A stretch of 64,000 nucleotides of DNA from Caecitellus pseudoparvulus (GCA_965644315.1 CBFFRQ010000062.1:496001-560000), one strand, 5' to 3'. Numbered from the stretch's first letter, positions 32,513 to 45,598 are shown. Notes: generated by a model not told the origin, from the letters alone. Translations and numbers: made by a program.

Positions 32513-35500
32513 TCAAGGCCAGGCCGCGGCACCAGGGCGCATGGCCCCACCCACAGAGCGATGCTCCTCACCGAGGGCGGGTTTCGGGAACTGCCCCAGC
32601 ACCCTGGCCACGAGGTGGGACGCCAACGGGCTGCCGAGGTGCATGAGGGAGTGCAGGACGCCCCACTGCAGGTCCACGTGGGGGGAGCCAGAGTGCGCCC
32701 CCGTCACCCGCATGAGCAGGTCGGGCGGAAGGGTGTGCCCGTCGCCGTCGGCGAGGGCGCGGAGGACGGTGGGGGAGCAGTGGGGCTCGTCGCCGCCTAC
32801 CACGCGCCGCATGATGGAGGTGATAGCGGGCACGGGGCCGTCGTCAGCCAGCACCGCCTCCAGCACTGCATGCACGACGGGCGCCGTGGACGCCGCCAGT
32901 GTGGCTGGGGAGGCTGCTTGCCCCACCCGTTGCAGCGCTGCCTGGTGGGCGGGTGGCTGGCCCAGCGCCAGCAGGCGGATGAGGTGTGCGAGGACTTCCG
33001 CCAAGCCGCGGGCAGTGGAGGCGGCTGGCTCGCCGTCCCCCGCCTTGGCGCGGCGCAGGGCAGTGCGCCACAGCGCCACCACGTGGGGCACGGCCCTAGC
33101 GAAGTCCCCTGCTCTGTCCAGCAGTGCCGCACACAGGTGCTGGGCAGCCAGCACCGCGCCCTCTGCGTCCTCCTCCACGGCGCTGTCACCGTCGGCCAGC
33201 GCCAAGTTCCGCGCGGCCTGGGCCGCAGCCAGCGCCTGCAGCGCCGAAGTCAGGGCAGCCTTGGCGTCCTTGGCTTTGTGCTGGATGCAGGCCATGGCCC
33301 GGTGCAGCACCGCCTGCGTGAGGGCGCTGCGGGGCGTCAGGGAGGGCGCCTTGCTGGCCAGCACCAGCGCCCGCAGGATGGGCGCCGTGCCGGCGGTCAA
33401 GTTGCCGCAGCTCACGGCGGCCAGGCCAGCTTGGGCGTACAAGGGCTGCAGTGCGGCGTGCGCCGGCCCCAGCATGGTTGCACACGCCGCACTGGCGCCC
33501 TGCAGGAGGGGCAGGGCGGGGGCGGCCTGGGCCTGGACCAGCAGCGCTGAGCCGTGAGCGGCGTCCAGGAGGGGCGCGTGGATGTGCGCTGGGCCTAGGA
33601 CCAGCCGCGCCATGTGCTGCGTGGCAGCGAGGGCGGCCGCCGCACAGGCCCCGCTGCCTGCCACGGCTGCCGCCTGGCCCAGCACGCCCAGCAGGCGCAC
33701 GGCCAGGGGAGTTCTGAGGTCGCCCACTGCAGCCAGGCCCTCCAGGGCCACTGCCGCACTGTTGTCACCGTTGCCCTGCGCCAGCTCCACGCGGGCTGCT
33801 GTCAGGGCGGCAGCCCCCACAGCCTGCTGCAGACGGTAGGTGCTGATGGGCACGCCGTGCTGGGAGGGTGGCGGGCTGCCTGCTAGGAGGGCGGCCTGGG
33901 CCAACGCCAGGCGCAAGTGCGCGGCATCTGCTGCCGGGCCTAGCGTGCCTGCCGCCAGGTACTCCTCCACTGACGCGGCGAGGGCCGCCCGCTCCGGGGC
34001 GTGGGGGTGAGGGTCCAGGCACTTGTGTGTGGCGGGGAGGGTGGTGAGGGACGCCAGGTGCACGGGGGTGCCGCTGCGCCAGTCCAGGGCTGGCGCGCCA
34101 GCCAGGGCAGTCAGGGACGCCGTCAAGGCGTCAGTCCAGGGCGAGCTGGGAGTGGGTCGAGGCAGGGCAGGGTCCCCCACTCGCAAGGCCACGCCGCAGT
34201 GGTGCTGCAGCGCGGCGAGCAGGGCGCCCTTGAATGCACCAGTGGCAGTGAACTGGGGCTGGGGCGGCGTGGTGGCCAGCTGCAGGGTGTACTGGAACTG
34301 GCGCTGCACGCCGGGTACGAGGACGTTGCGGTGGAAGGCAGCGGCATCCGGCCCCGCGCCCAGGCACAGGTTGAACACGTCCGCCGTCTCCAGCAAGATG
34401 CCCCGCGCGACGCTGCCGTGTGGCGCGCCGTGCCCCGCGCCTGTGGCGTGGTGGGCAGCGGCAAGCGAGCCGAGGAACGCTGCGAGGCGGCGCGTGAGGA
34501 CGCCCTTGGCGATGCGAGCGACCATGTCCACCTCGCACAGACTGCGGGCGGGCTCGGCAGTGGCCTTGGCAGCGACGGCGCCCAGGTAGCGCATGTTCAC
34601 GCCGTGGGAGTGGAAGAGGCGGGCCAGGCTGGCGGCGTCCCCTGGCGCCACGTGCAGGGCGCTGAGGGCGTCGGCCAGGGCAGGCACCAGGCGGCCCGCC
34701 AGCACCTTGGACACCAGCCCCGCCGCCGCATCGTGCTGCCCCGCGTCGGGCGCCTCCCCGATGCGGGGCAGGTCCGTGCTGCCCGGGGCGCCCGCCGCGC
34801 CCCACAAACTGCGGTGGGAGGCGGCAGAGGCGAAGCTGTCAGCGGAGAGGGGCGTGGCGGGGGCACCCACGTCGGCCAGGGCGCCGTGTGCCGAGGCAGT
34901 GACCAACTCCGGCCGCAGCAGGCGCACGGCGTGGTCGGCTGGCACGCCGCCGGGCGCATCGGGGGGCATCAGGCGAGCCGCGCCAAACGCGTAGAAGCGG
35001 CGGTCGAAGCCCAGGTGCACGGTGAGGCCCACACACAGCGGCAGCGCCACTTGCCGCGCCGCGAGGGAGGTGGGGGAGGGCTGGGGCAGCAGCATGTCCT
35101 TGGCGGGGGGAGCGGGTGCGGCCTGTGGCGACCCGTACGTCAGCAGTGTCGCGGCGTGTGGGGCCAGGCCCAGGCCCTTGCCCACGTGGCCCAGCATGGT
35201 GGTCAGGGGCGGGCACCGCTGCTGGAAGGGCTGCCCGTCCCCGCTGCGCCCGTGCACGAGTGTGGCGGCGCCGTCGTCAAGCTCGGGGATGCCCACCATG
35301 GCCAGGATGCGCAGGCCGCCCACGTCGATGGTGGCGGCGAGGGCGGTGCACAGGGGGGGCGGCCGGCGTGCGGCAGGGCGCGTGTCTGGGCGCCCCGCCC
35401 GCTTCAGCCACGTGGTCACGAGGGCCGCCGCCTGGCCCCGCAGGAGGGACAGGTGCCGCACCTCTGCCGCAGCCACCTTGCCTGCCACCACGTCGTCGTC

Positions 35501-38500
35501 CAGAGTGCCTGCTGGCGCCTGCACCTGGCCGCTGCCGTGAGCTGGGCGAGCAGCGAGGGCAGCTGCTGGCACACCCCGCGCCACACGCAGCACCATGCCC
35601 TCTGTCGCGTACAGCAGCTGCCCTGCCGTGGCAGCGTCTGGGGACTCTCCCGCGGAGCTGTCAGCGTCAGAGTCGGCGTCGGAGTCGTCACCCGTGGACA
35701 GGAAGCCCTGCAGCGTGCGCTGGTGGGGCGGCAGGGGCCACTCCAGTGCAATGGTGGTGGCGGCGGCGGCGGCGGTGGCCAGGAATCGCCCACGGAAGAC
35801 ACGCAGCACGAGGGCCTTGGCCACAGCTGCAGAGAACGTCCACTCCTGCCCCTCCACAAGGCGTTGGTAGGTGGCGTTCCACTGCTCCGCCTGCAGCGGC
35901 AGCGTGGCCACCTCTTGCACCAGCCCCAGCAGGCTGCCTGGCGCCGGCACGGCGTCCCGCGCCACCTCCCCCACCGCCACCATGCGCCTGTCAGCGGCGG
36001 AGGCGAGGACATCCGCCATGGCGGGGCCGTCCCCCGCCAGGGCGTGTGGCGCTTTGGCCCTCCCGGCTGCCGCGGCGGCTTGCGCCTGCATGGTGGGCGT
36101 CACGTCCAGTGCCGCTGCCTGGGGCGTGGTGAGTTCCCAGCCAAAGGCACGCCCCAGGCCGATGCCTGAGGGTGCGCGGTGGTACCGGGCAGCAGTGGCC
36201 ACGGCTGGCTGTGTCGCCATGCAGGCGACGAGGGGCGTGTGGGACACGGGGCTGCCGTGTGCCCCGAGCAACGCGGCGTGCTGCGTCACCAGCGCCGCCG
36301 GTGTGACGTGGTGGGCGAGGGGGGGCAGCGGCATGGGCGGCAGAGCCTGGGGGGGGGACATGGGGGGGGGTCTGGCAGACGGGAGGGGGGGTGCGGGCTC
36401 GCCGTCTCCGTGTGGTAAGAAGGCCTGCGCTGCGGCGGGGGCGGCAGCGTCTGCCTGGGGCTGCCTCCGAGGCGCCGGTGGGGACGCCAGCTGCATCTGG
36501 GCACCCTGTGGCGTCGTGTGGGGCGATGGGCCGGGTGCCGCGTCCCCACCAGCAGGCGGGTGGCTTGGCTGGTGGGCACGGTACTTGGCGAGCCAGTCCG
36601 ATGCAGCGCCAGGGGGGAGAGGGGCGAGTTGCCGAGAGGGAGCAGGGGTGCTGTGCTGCTGAGGCGTGGTGAGGGTGGCGGCCTGGGCCAGGGCAGCGTC
36701 CAGGCTGGCCACGACAGAGGCCATGCCGGCGCCGGGCGCCTGGGACTGGCGCTCAGTGACGGCGAGAGGGGAGGCACGCCCCTCCTCTGGCGAGTCAGCG
36801 GCAGCCTTTTGCTCAGTGTGCGCCGATGGGGGAGGGCTGGGCGGGTCAGCGGGCGCGGCAGGGCGCCCCCCGCCCTCGGCCCACCACTGCGCAAAGGCGC
36901 GCTGGGTGACGAAGCCCCGCCCGGCAGGGTCCAGCGTGCGTACGAGGGCGGGGGACTCTGCCGCAGGGGGGGGCAGGTCACCCCCCAGCGCCGCCACGAG
37001 AGCAGGCAGCGCTGGGAGGGGCAGGACACCCCCTGTGTGGGAGGTGTGCTGTGCCCACACATGCCGCATCTTGCCGGGGCTCCGCTGGCGGGCTGGGCTG
37101 CGCAGGGGGGCCCCCTCGCTCGGGGGGCGCGGCCGCCGCGTGTCGGGCGACGTGGCGGCCGCGACCTGGTCTGCCGCCGCCTGGGCCGCCTGGGCAGCCT
37201 CCCGCAGTGCATGCAGCATGCCTTGTCCCTCTGGAGACAGCGCATGCGAGTGCTGGGCAGTGCGGGGTGACATGGTACTGCCCAGGGGGCCGTGAGACGC
37301 CGTCGGCGTGCTGGCGCCAGACGTGGCGGGGGTTGTGTCCTCGCTGCCCGCGACAGCCCCCCCTGCGCGCCCCGAGCCGATGAGCGGCATGCGCGTGGCC
37401 TGGCTACCCGTCGCTGGTGTCTGCCCTGCGCCGCCCCCTCGGGGGTATCCCTGTGACGGCGAGGGCTGTGCCGCCGCTGGGCCATCTGAGGCAGGCACAT
37501 CCTGCTCCGCCTGCGGTGGGGGCGGCGGGGCGACCGCAGCGCCCGGAGGCGCAGGCACTGGCGCCAGCGTCGTGCCGTGGATGTCAGCGCCAGCAGGCAG
37601 CACGCCGCGGGCCCCCCGAGCGCGCTGCTTGGCTGCACGGTCCATGGCGGTCTGGCTGCCGCCGCCCACGCCCGATGTGTGGCGGGGGGACCGCCCCATG
37701 TGTGCTTCCCGTGCAGAGCGAGCCCTGTGCCCCCCCCGCACCTGCCCCGACAGCGGCACGGCAGCGTGGGCGGTAATGACGCCCCCCGCCTCCTTCGCAG
37801 CGTGCGGCCCGCCAAACGCCGCGGCGCCTACAGCGCCGTGCCGCCCTCCTGACGTGGGGTCGCCGCCGTGGCCGATGCCGGGCGCTGACAACAGGGCTGT
37901 GGGCGGCGTGGGCATGGGCAGCACGGCGGCGTTGCCTGAGGAGGCGTTCATGGCGGGGGGCGCGTCTGCGACGGCAGGCACGCTGGGGGTGGCAGACGTG
38001 GGGTGCGTGGAGGAGGCGGTGGCGGTGGCGGTGGCGGTGGGGCCAGCGGATGCCTCCGCCTGCGCTGCCACGGCCACCTGGCTGACAGCCACTGAGCGGG
38101 GAGCCGGCTTGGCGCGGCCTGACGCTGCTGCGGGGCGCTGCGGCGCAGGCGCCGGTCGCGCGCCTGCCAGCCCGCCCAGGGGATTGGCGCTGGGAGCGGG
38201 CTGCGGGCTGGACTGAGGGGGCGGCGCGGGGGCGGCTGCCGTTTGCGGGGGGAGGGGGGCTGTCCCGCGTCCCGCCTCGTGGGCTGGCGGTGGAGGTGGT
38301 TGGCGCTGGGCTGGCTCTGCGTGGCGCGGGGGGGGGGGTGGCGCCCCGTGCCCCTGCCCAGGGGGCGCCGGAGGCGTAGGCGCACTGCCGTCTCCCCCTT
38401 GGGGGGGGGGTGGTGGCGTCGGCTTGGGGGGCTGAGCGGCGGGCGGTGCTGGCGCCTGCGCCGTCTCCTCAGCCCCCGCTGCCCCTGACGGCGGGGGGCG

Positions 38501-39475
38501 CTCTGCCGCTGTCGGCTGCTGCTGCTCGGCAGGCGCAGGCACACCCGTCCCAGCAGCAGCAGCCGCTGCCGCTGCAGCCGCCGCCGCCGCCGCTGACGCT
38601 CCCGTGGGCTCCTCGCTGTCGGCGGACATGCCTGAAAGGACGCTGCCGTCTTCGAAGGGGCTGAACTTGAGCGTGCCGCCGCCGTCGTACATGCGGCCGT
38701 CCTTCTCCAGGTTCCACCCCTGCTCCGCGGCGTAGTTGGCCATTTGGCAGTAGTCAGTCAGCGTGTCGCGCCACAGGATGTACTCTTGCAGGTCATTGGC
38801 AGCCAGTGCGATCTGCTCCTTGGGCGGGCGCAGGTGGTCTGCGTCAGAGCCCTCCTCCAGGTCCCGGGGGTCGGGCACGAACAGGCGCATGATGTAGGGC
38901 ACGGCGTCATCCCCGAACTGTGCAGGGCGCAGAGCAGTGCAGGTTGACCTGCTCGCTAACGCCACTTGCAGCTGGGCCGTACCTCTGACTCGCCCACTTC
39001 CTCGCACATGGTGTGCGCTTGCAGGTCAATGATGCGCCGAGGCTTCTCCCCGATGGGCGGCTTGTCGGAGCGCTGCGGAGAGCCATGGCGCCGTGTGCAG
39101 GGGGTGCAACGCTGGCTGCAGTGGACAGGTGCAATTTCCGCAGCGCGCACACCGTACCTTGTAAATGTGCACTTCCACAGCCTCCACGACGACCCATCGT
39201 TCCTCCCACTTGCCCCCTCGAATGAGGTTCGGCTTGGTGTACTGCAGGGGCAGAGCGCGCAGGGCGCTGTCCGCTGAGTCGGCGCCAGCCCGCGCTGCCG
39301 TGCACGCTCACCTTGCGCAACAACCCCTCCAGCACGATGTTGTCCGGCTGGTACGCTGCACAGGAAGGTCGGAAGGGGGAGTGGGTGCCACGCATGCCAC
39401 ATGTAGGCCGTGCCTGGTGTGGTGCTGGGCCCTGCCGCAGCACTCGCAGCCCAGCGCCGCGCACGCACTGGTCAT
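32513..39475 (-). CDS. Large CLU-domain (clustered mitochondria-like) protein with N-terminal PH-like domain, Pro/Ala-rich linker, EF-hand-like motif and TPR-like C-terminus
   Basis: CLU motifs QWNATYQRL, LAATIDVGGLRILAM, GFDRRFYAFGAARLMPPD, RLLRPELV, FHSHGVNMRYLG and EVDMVARIAK. PH-like IVLEGLLRK...PRRIIDL...EYILWRDTL. GCCACCATG start at 39475; the 5' exon structure is only partly resolved. Confidence 0.75.
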
Positions 39476-39665
39476 GGTGGCGGGTCAACGCTTGCGCCCG
39501 CCAGGCCTCTTCCTTCACTGCTGAACCCCGCTCCAGGCCGTGGGGGTGGTGGTTGGGCTATCGCTTCCTTACAGTGTGCATTGTGCCTGGTGCGGCAGAT
39601 TTGCCCGGCACCGCTCCCTGCACCGCCCGCGTTCCTGCGTTGCTGCCAGGTGTCACACACTGAGC

Positions 39666-40898
39666 TTACCGCGCCACGGCCACCTTCACAGCCGCCTCCA
39701 GCGCAGTGGCGGGGCACGCCGCTGCCTTGAGCTCTGCTGCTGGCTGCGCCTCGTCGGGCCGAGCTCGGCTGGTTTCGTGGGGGCACAGTGCCTGGCCCAG
39801 TGCCCTGCGGGCATCCCCAACGTGCTCGCCGCCGCCCCGCTCCCCGGCACCCCACTCCGTGCTGAAGAACACCATGAGCCCCATCATCAACGGCAGGTAC
39901 CAGAGACTCCACAAGAACACCCGCCTCGCCCCCGCATCGTCGGGCGCCTTGGCAAACGCCGCCGTCGTGTACAGCGCGTAGGCGTTGATGGGCGCCGCAC
40001 ACACCGCGAACATGGGACTGGTGACTCCCCCTGCAACGCAGAGGAAGGGCAGGGCTGCCAGCCCCGCTGTGTGTGCCAGCGACCACTTGCCGATGGCTGT
40101 GCCAGTCGGCTCTGTCACGCTGAGCATGGCGTACCCGCCAGCTGCGTAGTCGGCACGGTGGCGCCAGGCCAGTGCGTAAAAGTGCGGCATCTGCCACAGG
40201 TGCAGCAGGGCGGCGGCTGCCAGGGCGCCGGGGGCCAGAGCTGTGCCTGTGGCGGCGGCCCAGCCCATGAGGGGGGGTATAGCGCCCACCACAGCCCCCA
40301 CGTCTGTGTTCCAGGGGGTGACTTTCTTCAGGGGCGTGTACACGGCAGAGTACAGGGCGATGTTGCCCAGGCCCAGCGCTGTCGTGAGGGGGTTCGTGCC
40401 AGCTGCCAGCACCGCCGCTGCGCCAGCTGCCGTGGCCAGCCCGAAGCCAGTCGCGTGTTGGCGCGAGATGCGGCCGGAGGGCAGGGGCCGTGCCCGTGTG
40501 CGTGCCATGCGGGCGTCTGATGCCACCTCGTACAGCTGGTTCCACGTGTTGGCGGAGGCTGACGCGAGGAGCGTGCCCACTGTGACTGCCGCCAGGCTCT
40601 GCCAGTCTGCCACCGGCCCCGCCATGACGAAGCCCATGGTGGCTGTGCCAGCGACAAAGGCAGACAGGCGCACCTTGGACAGTTGCAAGTACATGCGGGA
40701 GAGCCGTGACAGGGTCAAGGGCTTGGGGCGGCGCCGTCTGGGGACGGCTGCCGCCTGACGCACGTCTGATGCAGGTGCGGAAGTTGGCAGCGAGGCGCAC
40801 ACCGGCGAGCAACACAGCACGCGGGCTGGCGCTGGTGCACGCGCAGCACGCAGCGCTGCACGCAGCAGGTGCAGCGATCGGTGCTGTATGACTGCCAT
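39666..40898 (-). CDS. COX10: Protoheme IX farnesyltransferase (heme O synthase), mitochondrial
   Basis: YLQLSKVRLS, NQLYEVASDARMARTRARPLPSGRI, YTPLKK, GAIPPLMGWAA and WQMPHF. An Arg-rich presequence starts at ATG 40898. Confidence 0.96.
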   Translation of the reverse strand: MAVIQHRSLHLLRAALRAARAPAPARVLCCSPVCASLPTSAPASDVRQAAAVPRRRRPKPLTLSRLSRMYLQLSKVRLSAFVAGTATMGFVMAGPVADWQSLAAVTVGTLLASASANTWNQLYEVASDARMARTRARPLPSGRISRQHATGFGLATAAGAAAVLAAGTNPLTTALGLGNIALYSAVYTPLKKVTPWNTDVGAVVGAIPPLMGWAAATGTALAPGALAAAALLHLWQMPHFYALAWRHRADYAAGGYAMLSVTEPTGTAIGKWSLAHTAGLAALPFLCVAGGVTSPMFAVCAAPINAYALYTTAAFAKAPDDAGARRVFLWSLWYLPLMMGLMVFFSTEWGAGERGGGEHVGDARRALGQALCPHETSRARPDEAQPAAELKAAACPATALEAAVKVAVAR

Positions 40899-41085
40899 GG
40901 GTTGCCTGTGGGGAGGGCGCTGGGCCCAGCTGGGCTCGTTCCGGCGCCTGCTGCCGTTTCGCGTGCGCTGCGCAGCTGATGGGCAAGCACGCCCGAGGGC
41001 AAGAGAGGTGGGGGCAGCAGGCACAGCCACGTAAGTGCCACCAGTTTGTACACAAAAGTGCTGACAGCGATGCATTGCCGCAGGT

Positions 41086-43366
41086 CTACTCTGCAATGGT
41101 CATGATGTTGGCGCCGCCGACGGCAGCAAAGGCCGCATCAGCTGGCGCAGCACCGGCGCTCTCCCCCGCCTCCACCGCCGAAATCTTGCGCCGCAGCAAC
41201 TCCCGCAGGGCGACGAACTGCTTGCGTTGCTTGGCGTGCGAGCCGGCGTTCTCCTTCAGGTCCTTCTGCTTGGCGCGCAGGCTCTTGGCCATCTGCTCCT
41301 GCTGCTCCAGCTTGCCCTTGTACACCGCCTCCCACGAGGGGAAGTCTCGCAGGAGACGGGAGGAGCCAGACCGGAAACCCGCCTCTGCCGTGGCCCGGGC
41401 CACCTGCTCCTCCAGCACCTTCAGCTGGATGGAGCTGGAGTGGAACGTGCGCTCCTGCTCCCGCACGCCGCCTTCCATCTCAGCCACCTGCTTGGCCAGG
41501 TCCATGCGCTGGGCGTCGAACTTGGCGGCCGCTGCGTCGTACTTGCGCTTGGCAGCCATGTACTCACTCTCCACGTCCGCGTGCTGCTCCCGCACAGACT
41601 TGAGCTCCGTCACCTGCGGCTGCAGCTGGTCCTTGCAAGCGGCGATCTTGGCGGTGATGATGCCGACGATGCGGGAGATCTCCTGCAGCGTCGCGCCCTT
41701 GTAGTCATTCACCACCGCCGCCTCAGCCGACACCTTCTCCTTGGCCGCCTGCACGCCCATGTACCCTGTGATGCCGCGCTGCTCCTCCAGCTTGGCCAGC
41801 ACGGCATCCACGCCAGTTGCACGGCTTTTCAAGGTGGACACGGTCTTGCTCAGCACGACGCCCTCACTGCGCAGTGCGTTCAGCTTTTCGCGCAGGGCGC
41901 GGTAGGTGGCGGTCTTTTTCCGCAGCCCCTCCGCATACGCCTTAAACTCGTCCCGGCGCATGTAGTTGGGGCCGGAAATGGCCGACATGCGCGCCTCCAG
42001 CCCCTCTACTTCCCGCTCAGCCTCCTCCACCTCCATGCCCGCCTTGTCCAGTGCCAGCTCCTTGTCGGCGCGCTTGCGTGCCACCAGGGCGGCCTGCTGC
42101 CGGAACATGGCCAGTTTGTCGTCTCCAGCCGCACGCTGGGCCTCCGCCACCTTGGACGTCAGGTCGGCCACTGTGGCCTCCGCACGGGACACCTGTGCCC
42201 GCAACGCAGCAACTTCGGAGTCACTCTTGGGCGGCTCAGACAGCGCCCGTTGCAGGCGCGTCAACGTCGCTGACCGTGCCTTCAGCGTGTTGGGCAGCAG
42301 CGTCTCCACCAAGTGCCGCCCCTCGTCGAACTCCTTCCGGGCCGCCGCAAACACCTCCTCTGCAGACAGCTCCTCACGTGTGTTGGCTCGAGTCTCGGCT
42401 AGCTTGCGTGCCGCCTCCGCATACCTGCCCTCGGCAAGGTGCAGTGCCTGGCGCTGCTCCATGGCGCGCTCCGCCAGCTTGGCCTCCTCCTCCTGCTCTT
42501 TGCGCAGGGCGGAGGTGGCGGCCAGGAGCGGCGCGAAGCCGTCCACTTCGGATGTGCGTTTCTTCAGGCCCTCGATCTTCTCCACCAACTGCCGCCGCTC
42601 GTCCTCCAACTGTGTGATGTTGCTGCGGAGCTCCGACGGAGAAGCAGAAGCAGTCTTTCGCTGCGCCAGGGGGACGGGAGGGGTGAGCGGAGTGTGCCCC
42701 GCAGACGGTGCACGCGGCGTGGCTCTTGCGCCTGGCGTTGCGCTGGCGTTTCACGCACCAACGTTTCCAGCTGCTTGTGTGTCTCCCGGAACTCCAGTTG
42801 CAGCGCACGGTACTGCTGAAACGCCTCATTGCCAGCTGTGGGCCAATGGACATGGTGTGTTTCGAGGTGCGCACACGCAATCGCCCGCTGGCGCCGCCTG
42901 CCGCACCTTCATCTGCCAACAGCTCCGGAGGCACCTCCAGCGGCAGCAGGTACCGGGCCACATACGCGCGCTTCTTCAAGCTCTTGAACTTGGACAGCAA
43001 ATAGTACAACACTGGGTACACTGCAGACTTGATGCCTCGACCCAGCGCGGCCTTGAAGGCGTCCCTGTGGCGTGGCGGCGCAGGTGCCAGCACGGCGAAG
43101 CGACGCCCAGCGAGGCGGCCGACGCACTCCTTGCCCTTGGGCACCTTGAACTTGAGGACGGAGAGGAACGTCACGATGCGCGTGCCACGTTCCTCTTCGC
43201 TTTCGTCCCTGACGTCCTTCTTCTGGCGGTCGTCCAGCTCGGCGCAGACATCGCTCAGCACCTGCAGCAGTCCCTCGGGCGTTTTTTCGTCCAGCGCAAC
43301 GAGGGACAGGCCCATGCTGAAGGGCGGCTCGTTGAGCCGGTCCTTGATCAACTTCAACTCTGCCAT
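41086..43366 (-). CDS. IFT81: Intraflagellar transport protein 81
   Basis: CH-like N-terminus LNEPPFSMGLSLVALDEK, LKKRAYVARYL, coiled coils, DDKLAMFRQQA and EFKAYAEGLRKK. At least three short introns lie in 42650-43130. Confidence 0.93.
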
Positions 43367-43744
43367 ATTGACCTGACTTCGTCCTCACAGCACCCTTTCC
43401 CTGCTGGGGTCACTGGGCCAAGGCTGGTCCTCTGCCCGCCAGCAACGGCTGGCGTGTCTGCCTGGCCTCGCCTCGAAGCGGCTGAAGCGCAACGCAACGA
43501 ACAGCAGCGTGACAGACAGCCACACTCAAGGCATCTTTTGGACGACCGATTGGATGTGGATGTATTTGCGCAGTGTGCCCGTTGCTCGGCAGGGGCGCAG
43601 GCCCCGCTGCAGGAAGCACAAAAAGGGGGGAATGCCAGCACTGGTTGGCAGCCACACCACCGGCTGCAGTGTGGCCGCTCGAGAAAGACGCAGGTGGAGC
43701 ACTCGGAAATAAATGCCCTGCGCGGCGGCTGGGCACCAGCACCC

Positions 43745-44286
43745 TCACTCCATGCCTCGCACGCGTTTCATGCCTCGGCGCGCATCGCCATACCTGTGTC
43801 GTGAGGCGGTGCGGGGTCAGCGACAGCGCCAGCTGCAAGGGCAGGCAGTGCATGGCTACGCACCCGGCGTAGTCAGTGCTGCCGCCAGAGTGTCCCCGCA
43901 TCAAGCCGGAAGACGCGTGCCTCGCCGAGTCCAGCGCCGCACCAGCACTCCTGCTGCTGGCCGAGAAGATGCGGTTCGCAGGGTCGCTGCTGCCGCTCTT
44001 GCGCACGGGGAGGGACTTTGAATCTGTGATGCCTTCCCAACCCTGTGCATGGCGCGGCCACGGTGGCTCAGTCAAGGCACGGGCGGCAAGGGTATGTGTG
44101 CGTTTCGCCGGCGTTGCGCACATGCACCAAATTGCCTGCCTGCTGTGCGTCATCCAGGTACCGCTTCTCCCTCTGGGCGATGGCTGCTTCGATGTGACCC
44201 AGAGAGACGCCGAGACTCTCTTGCATTTGCTGCATCTGCTTCAGCACCGTGGCAGCATCGGGCTGAGAGCCGGCTGCTCCAGCCAT
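43745..44286 (-). CDS. EAF6: NuA4 histone acetyltransferase subunit Eaf6-like
   Basis: IEAAIAQREKRYLDDAQQAGNLVH|GWEG...NRIFSASS. Introns at ~44121-44043 and ~43864-43794. Confidence 0.8.
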
Positions 44287-44533
44287 GCTCGGCCGGTATC
44301 GAAAACGCAGCCGCAAGGCTGGGGGCAAGGGGCTGGCAGAGGGCAGGGGGGGTTGGTGCACAAGTACTCTGCCGCAAGAACAAATTCACGCAAACCAAGT
44401 CACAACACAGGGCCTGTGCATGCACCGCTCTCTGGTGGGTTTGATTTGTACCAGGCAGGCACAGACGCTGCACCTCGCCAAGCAAGGTCCAGAGGCCCCC
44501 CAGCCCGCCTGAGCTTCCGTGGCCTCCACAGCC

Positions 44534-45568
44534 ATGGCAGCAGCACCTCAACAGGGTGGCACCCAGCTGCGCTCTGCCGACCAAGGCGTCGGCATCCTGG
44601 CATGGTGCGCCGCGAAGCCTTGGCCCGTGCGGATTTCCGCGCAAAGCACGGCCGCCTCCGCCACGCCCCCTGCACAGCCTGGGGCGCCAGAGCCTGGACA
44701 CCATCGTGAACATCATGCGCTTCATCAACTTGTGCAACGCTGCACTGCTCATGGCGTCCTGCATCTTCTCCTTCCAAGTGGTGGGCGGCAGCGTCACCCG
44801 CATCTTCCTGGCGCTGTACATTGGGTGCGTTGGGCTGGCCTGGCGAGAGCGCTGCTCACGCACACCCGCGGCACCCGCCCTCGGCGCAGGATTTTCGCGG
44901 CGATGCTGGGCATCTTCGAGCTGCGTGTGCCGTGGACGGCGCCCTTCATCAAGCGCCTCTTCGGCTTCATGTTCACGTTCTGGGGCCGCACCATCTTCCT
45001 CATCTTCTGCGGCGCTCTGAACTTTGGCATCCTGGACCCCGACAACACGGACACGCTGGGCGCCAAGCTGGCCATTTCTGCCGGCGTCATCACCCTCGCC
45101 AACGCCGTCTTCAACTGCGTCGTGCTGTGCTCCCACCCCGCCTTCCGTGGCGACACCACCGCCGCCGAGCGGCCCGACCAGCTGTCTGAGGAGCAGGTCA
45201 AGATGTACCTGGCCAGCCACCCCGAGCTCATGCACAGCGCAGCACAGGGCATGAGCACGGAACAGGCCCAGCCCGCGCCGGCAGCTCGCCCAGACTTCGG
45301 CGCTGACAGGGCAGCGGCCGGCGGCTCCAGCTACACCCCGCCAGCGGTGACCTCCACGCCTGCTGGCAAGAACTCCCCCACACCCTTTGCTGGCATGATC
45401 ACCAGCGAGCCAGCCCCAGCGCCGCCTGCACCGACGCCGGCGCCAACGCCGGCGCCGGTCCCAGCCCCAGCACCGGCACCCACCCCGGCCCCAGCTCCAG
45501 CCCCGGCTCCAGCGCCGGCACCTGCAGAGGACAACCCCTTTGCCTCAGACGACAACCCCTTTGCCTGA
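44534..45568 (+). CDS. COPI-associated/Tvp15-like Golgi membrane protein with Pro-Ala linker and terminal NPF motifs
   Basis: Four TM helices and FGFMFTFWGRTIFLIFCG. Introns at ~44604-44677 and ~44826-44889. Ends EDNPFASDDNPFA. Confidence 0.7.
   Translation: MAAAPQQGGTQLRSADQGVGILAWCAAKPWPVRISAQSTAASATPPAQPGAPEPGHHREHHALHQLVQRCTAHGVLHLLLPSGGRQRHPHLPGAVHWVRWAGLARALLTHTRGTRPRRRIFAAMLGIFELRVPWTAPFIKRLFGFMFTFWGRTIFLIFCGALNFGILDPDNTDTLGAKLAISAGVITLANAVFNCVVLCSHPAFRGDTTAAERPDQLSEEQVKMYLASHPELMHSAAQGMSTEQAQPAPAARPDFGADRAAAGGSSYTPPAVTSTPAGKNSPTPFAGMITSEPAPAPPAPTPAPTPAPVPAPAPAPTPAPAPAPAPAPAPAEDNPFASDDNPFA
45410..45566 (+). repeat. Coding low-complexity (PA/PT)n repeat followed by a 16-bp direct repeat GACAACCCCTTTGCCT x2
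   Basis: Visible in the sequence; direct repeat units at 45530-45545 and 45551-45566. Confidence 0.85.
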
Positions 45569-45598
45569 GGGAAACCAATGCATTGCGAACTCGACTGT

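Noticed and set aside
32088-38216. Long plus-strand ORFs opposite the CLU gene (32088-33557, 34001-36169 and others)
   Set aside because: Antisense artefacts of very GC-rich coding sequence with few stop codons.
12032-40898. ALAS and COX10 as a heme gene cluster
   Set aside because: They are 25 kb apart with many unrelated housekeeping genes between them; consistent with chance.
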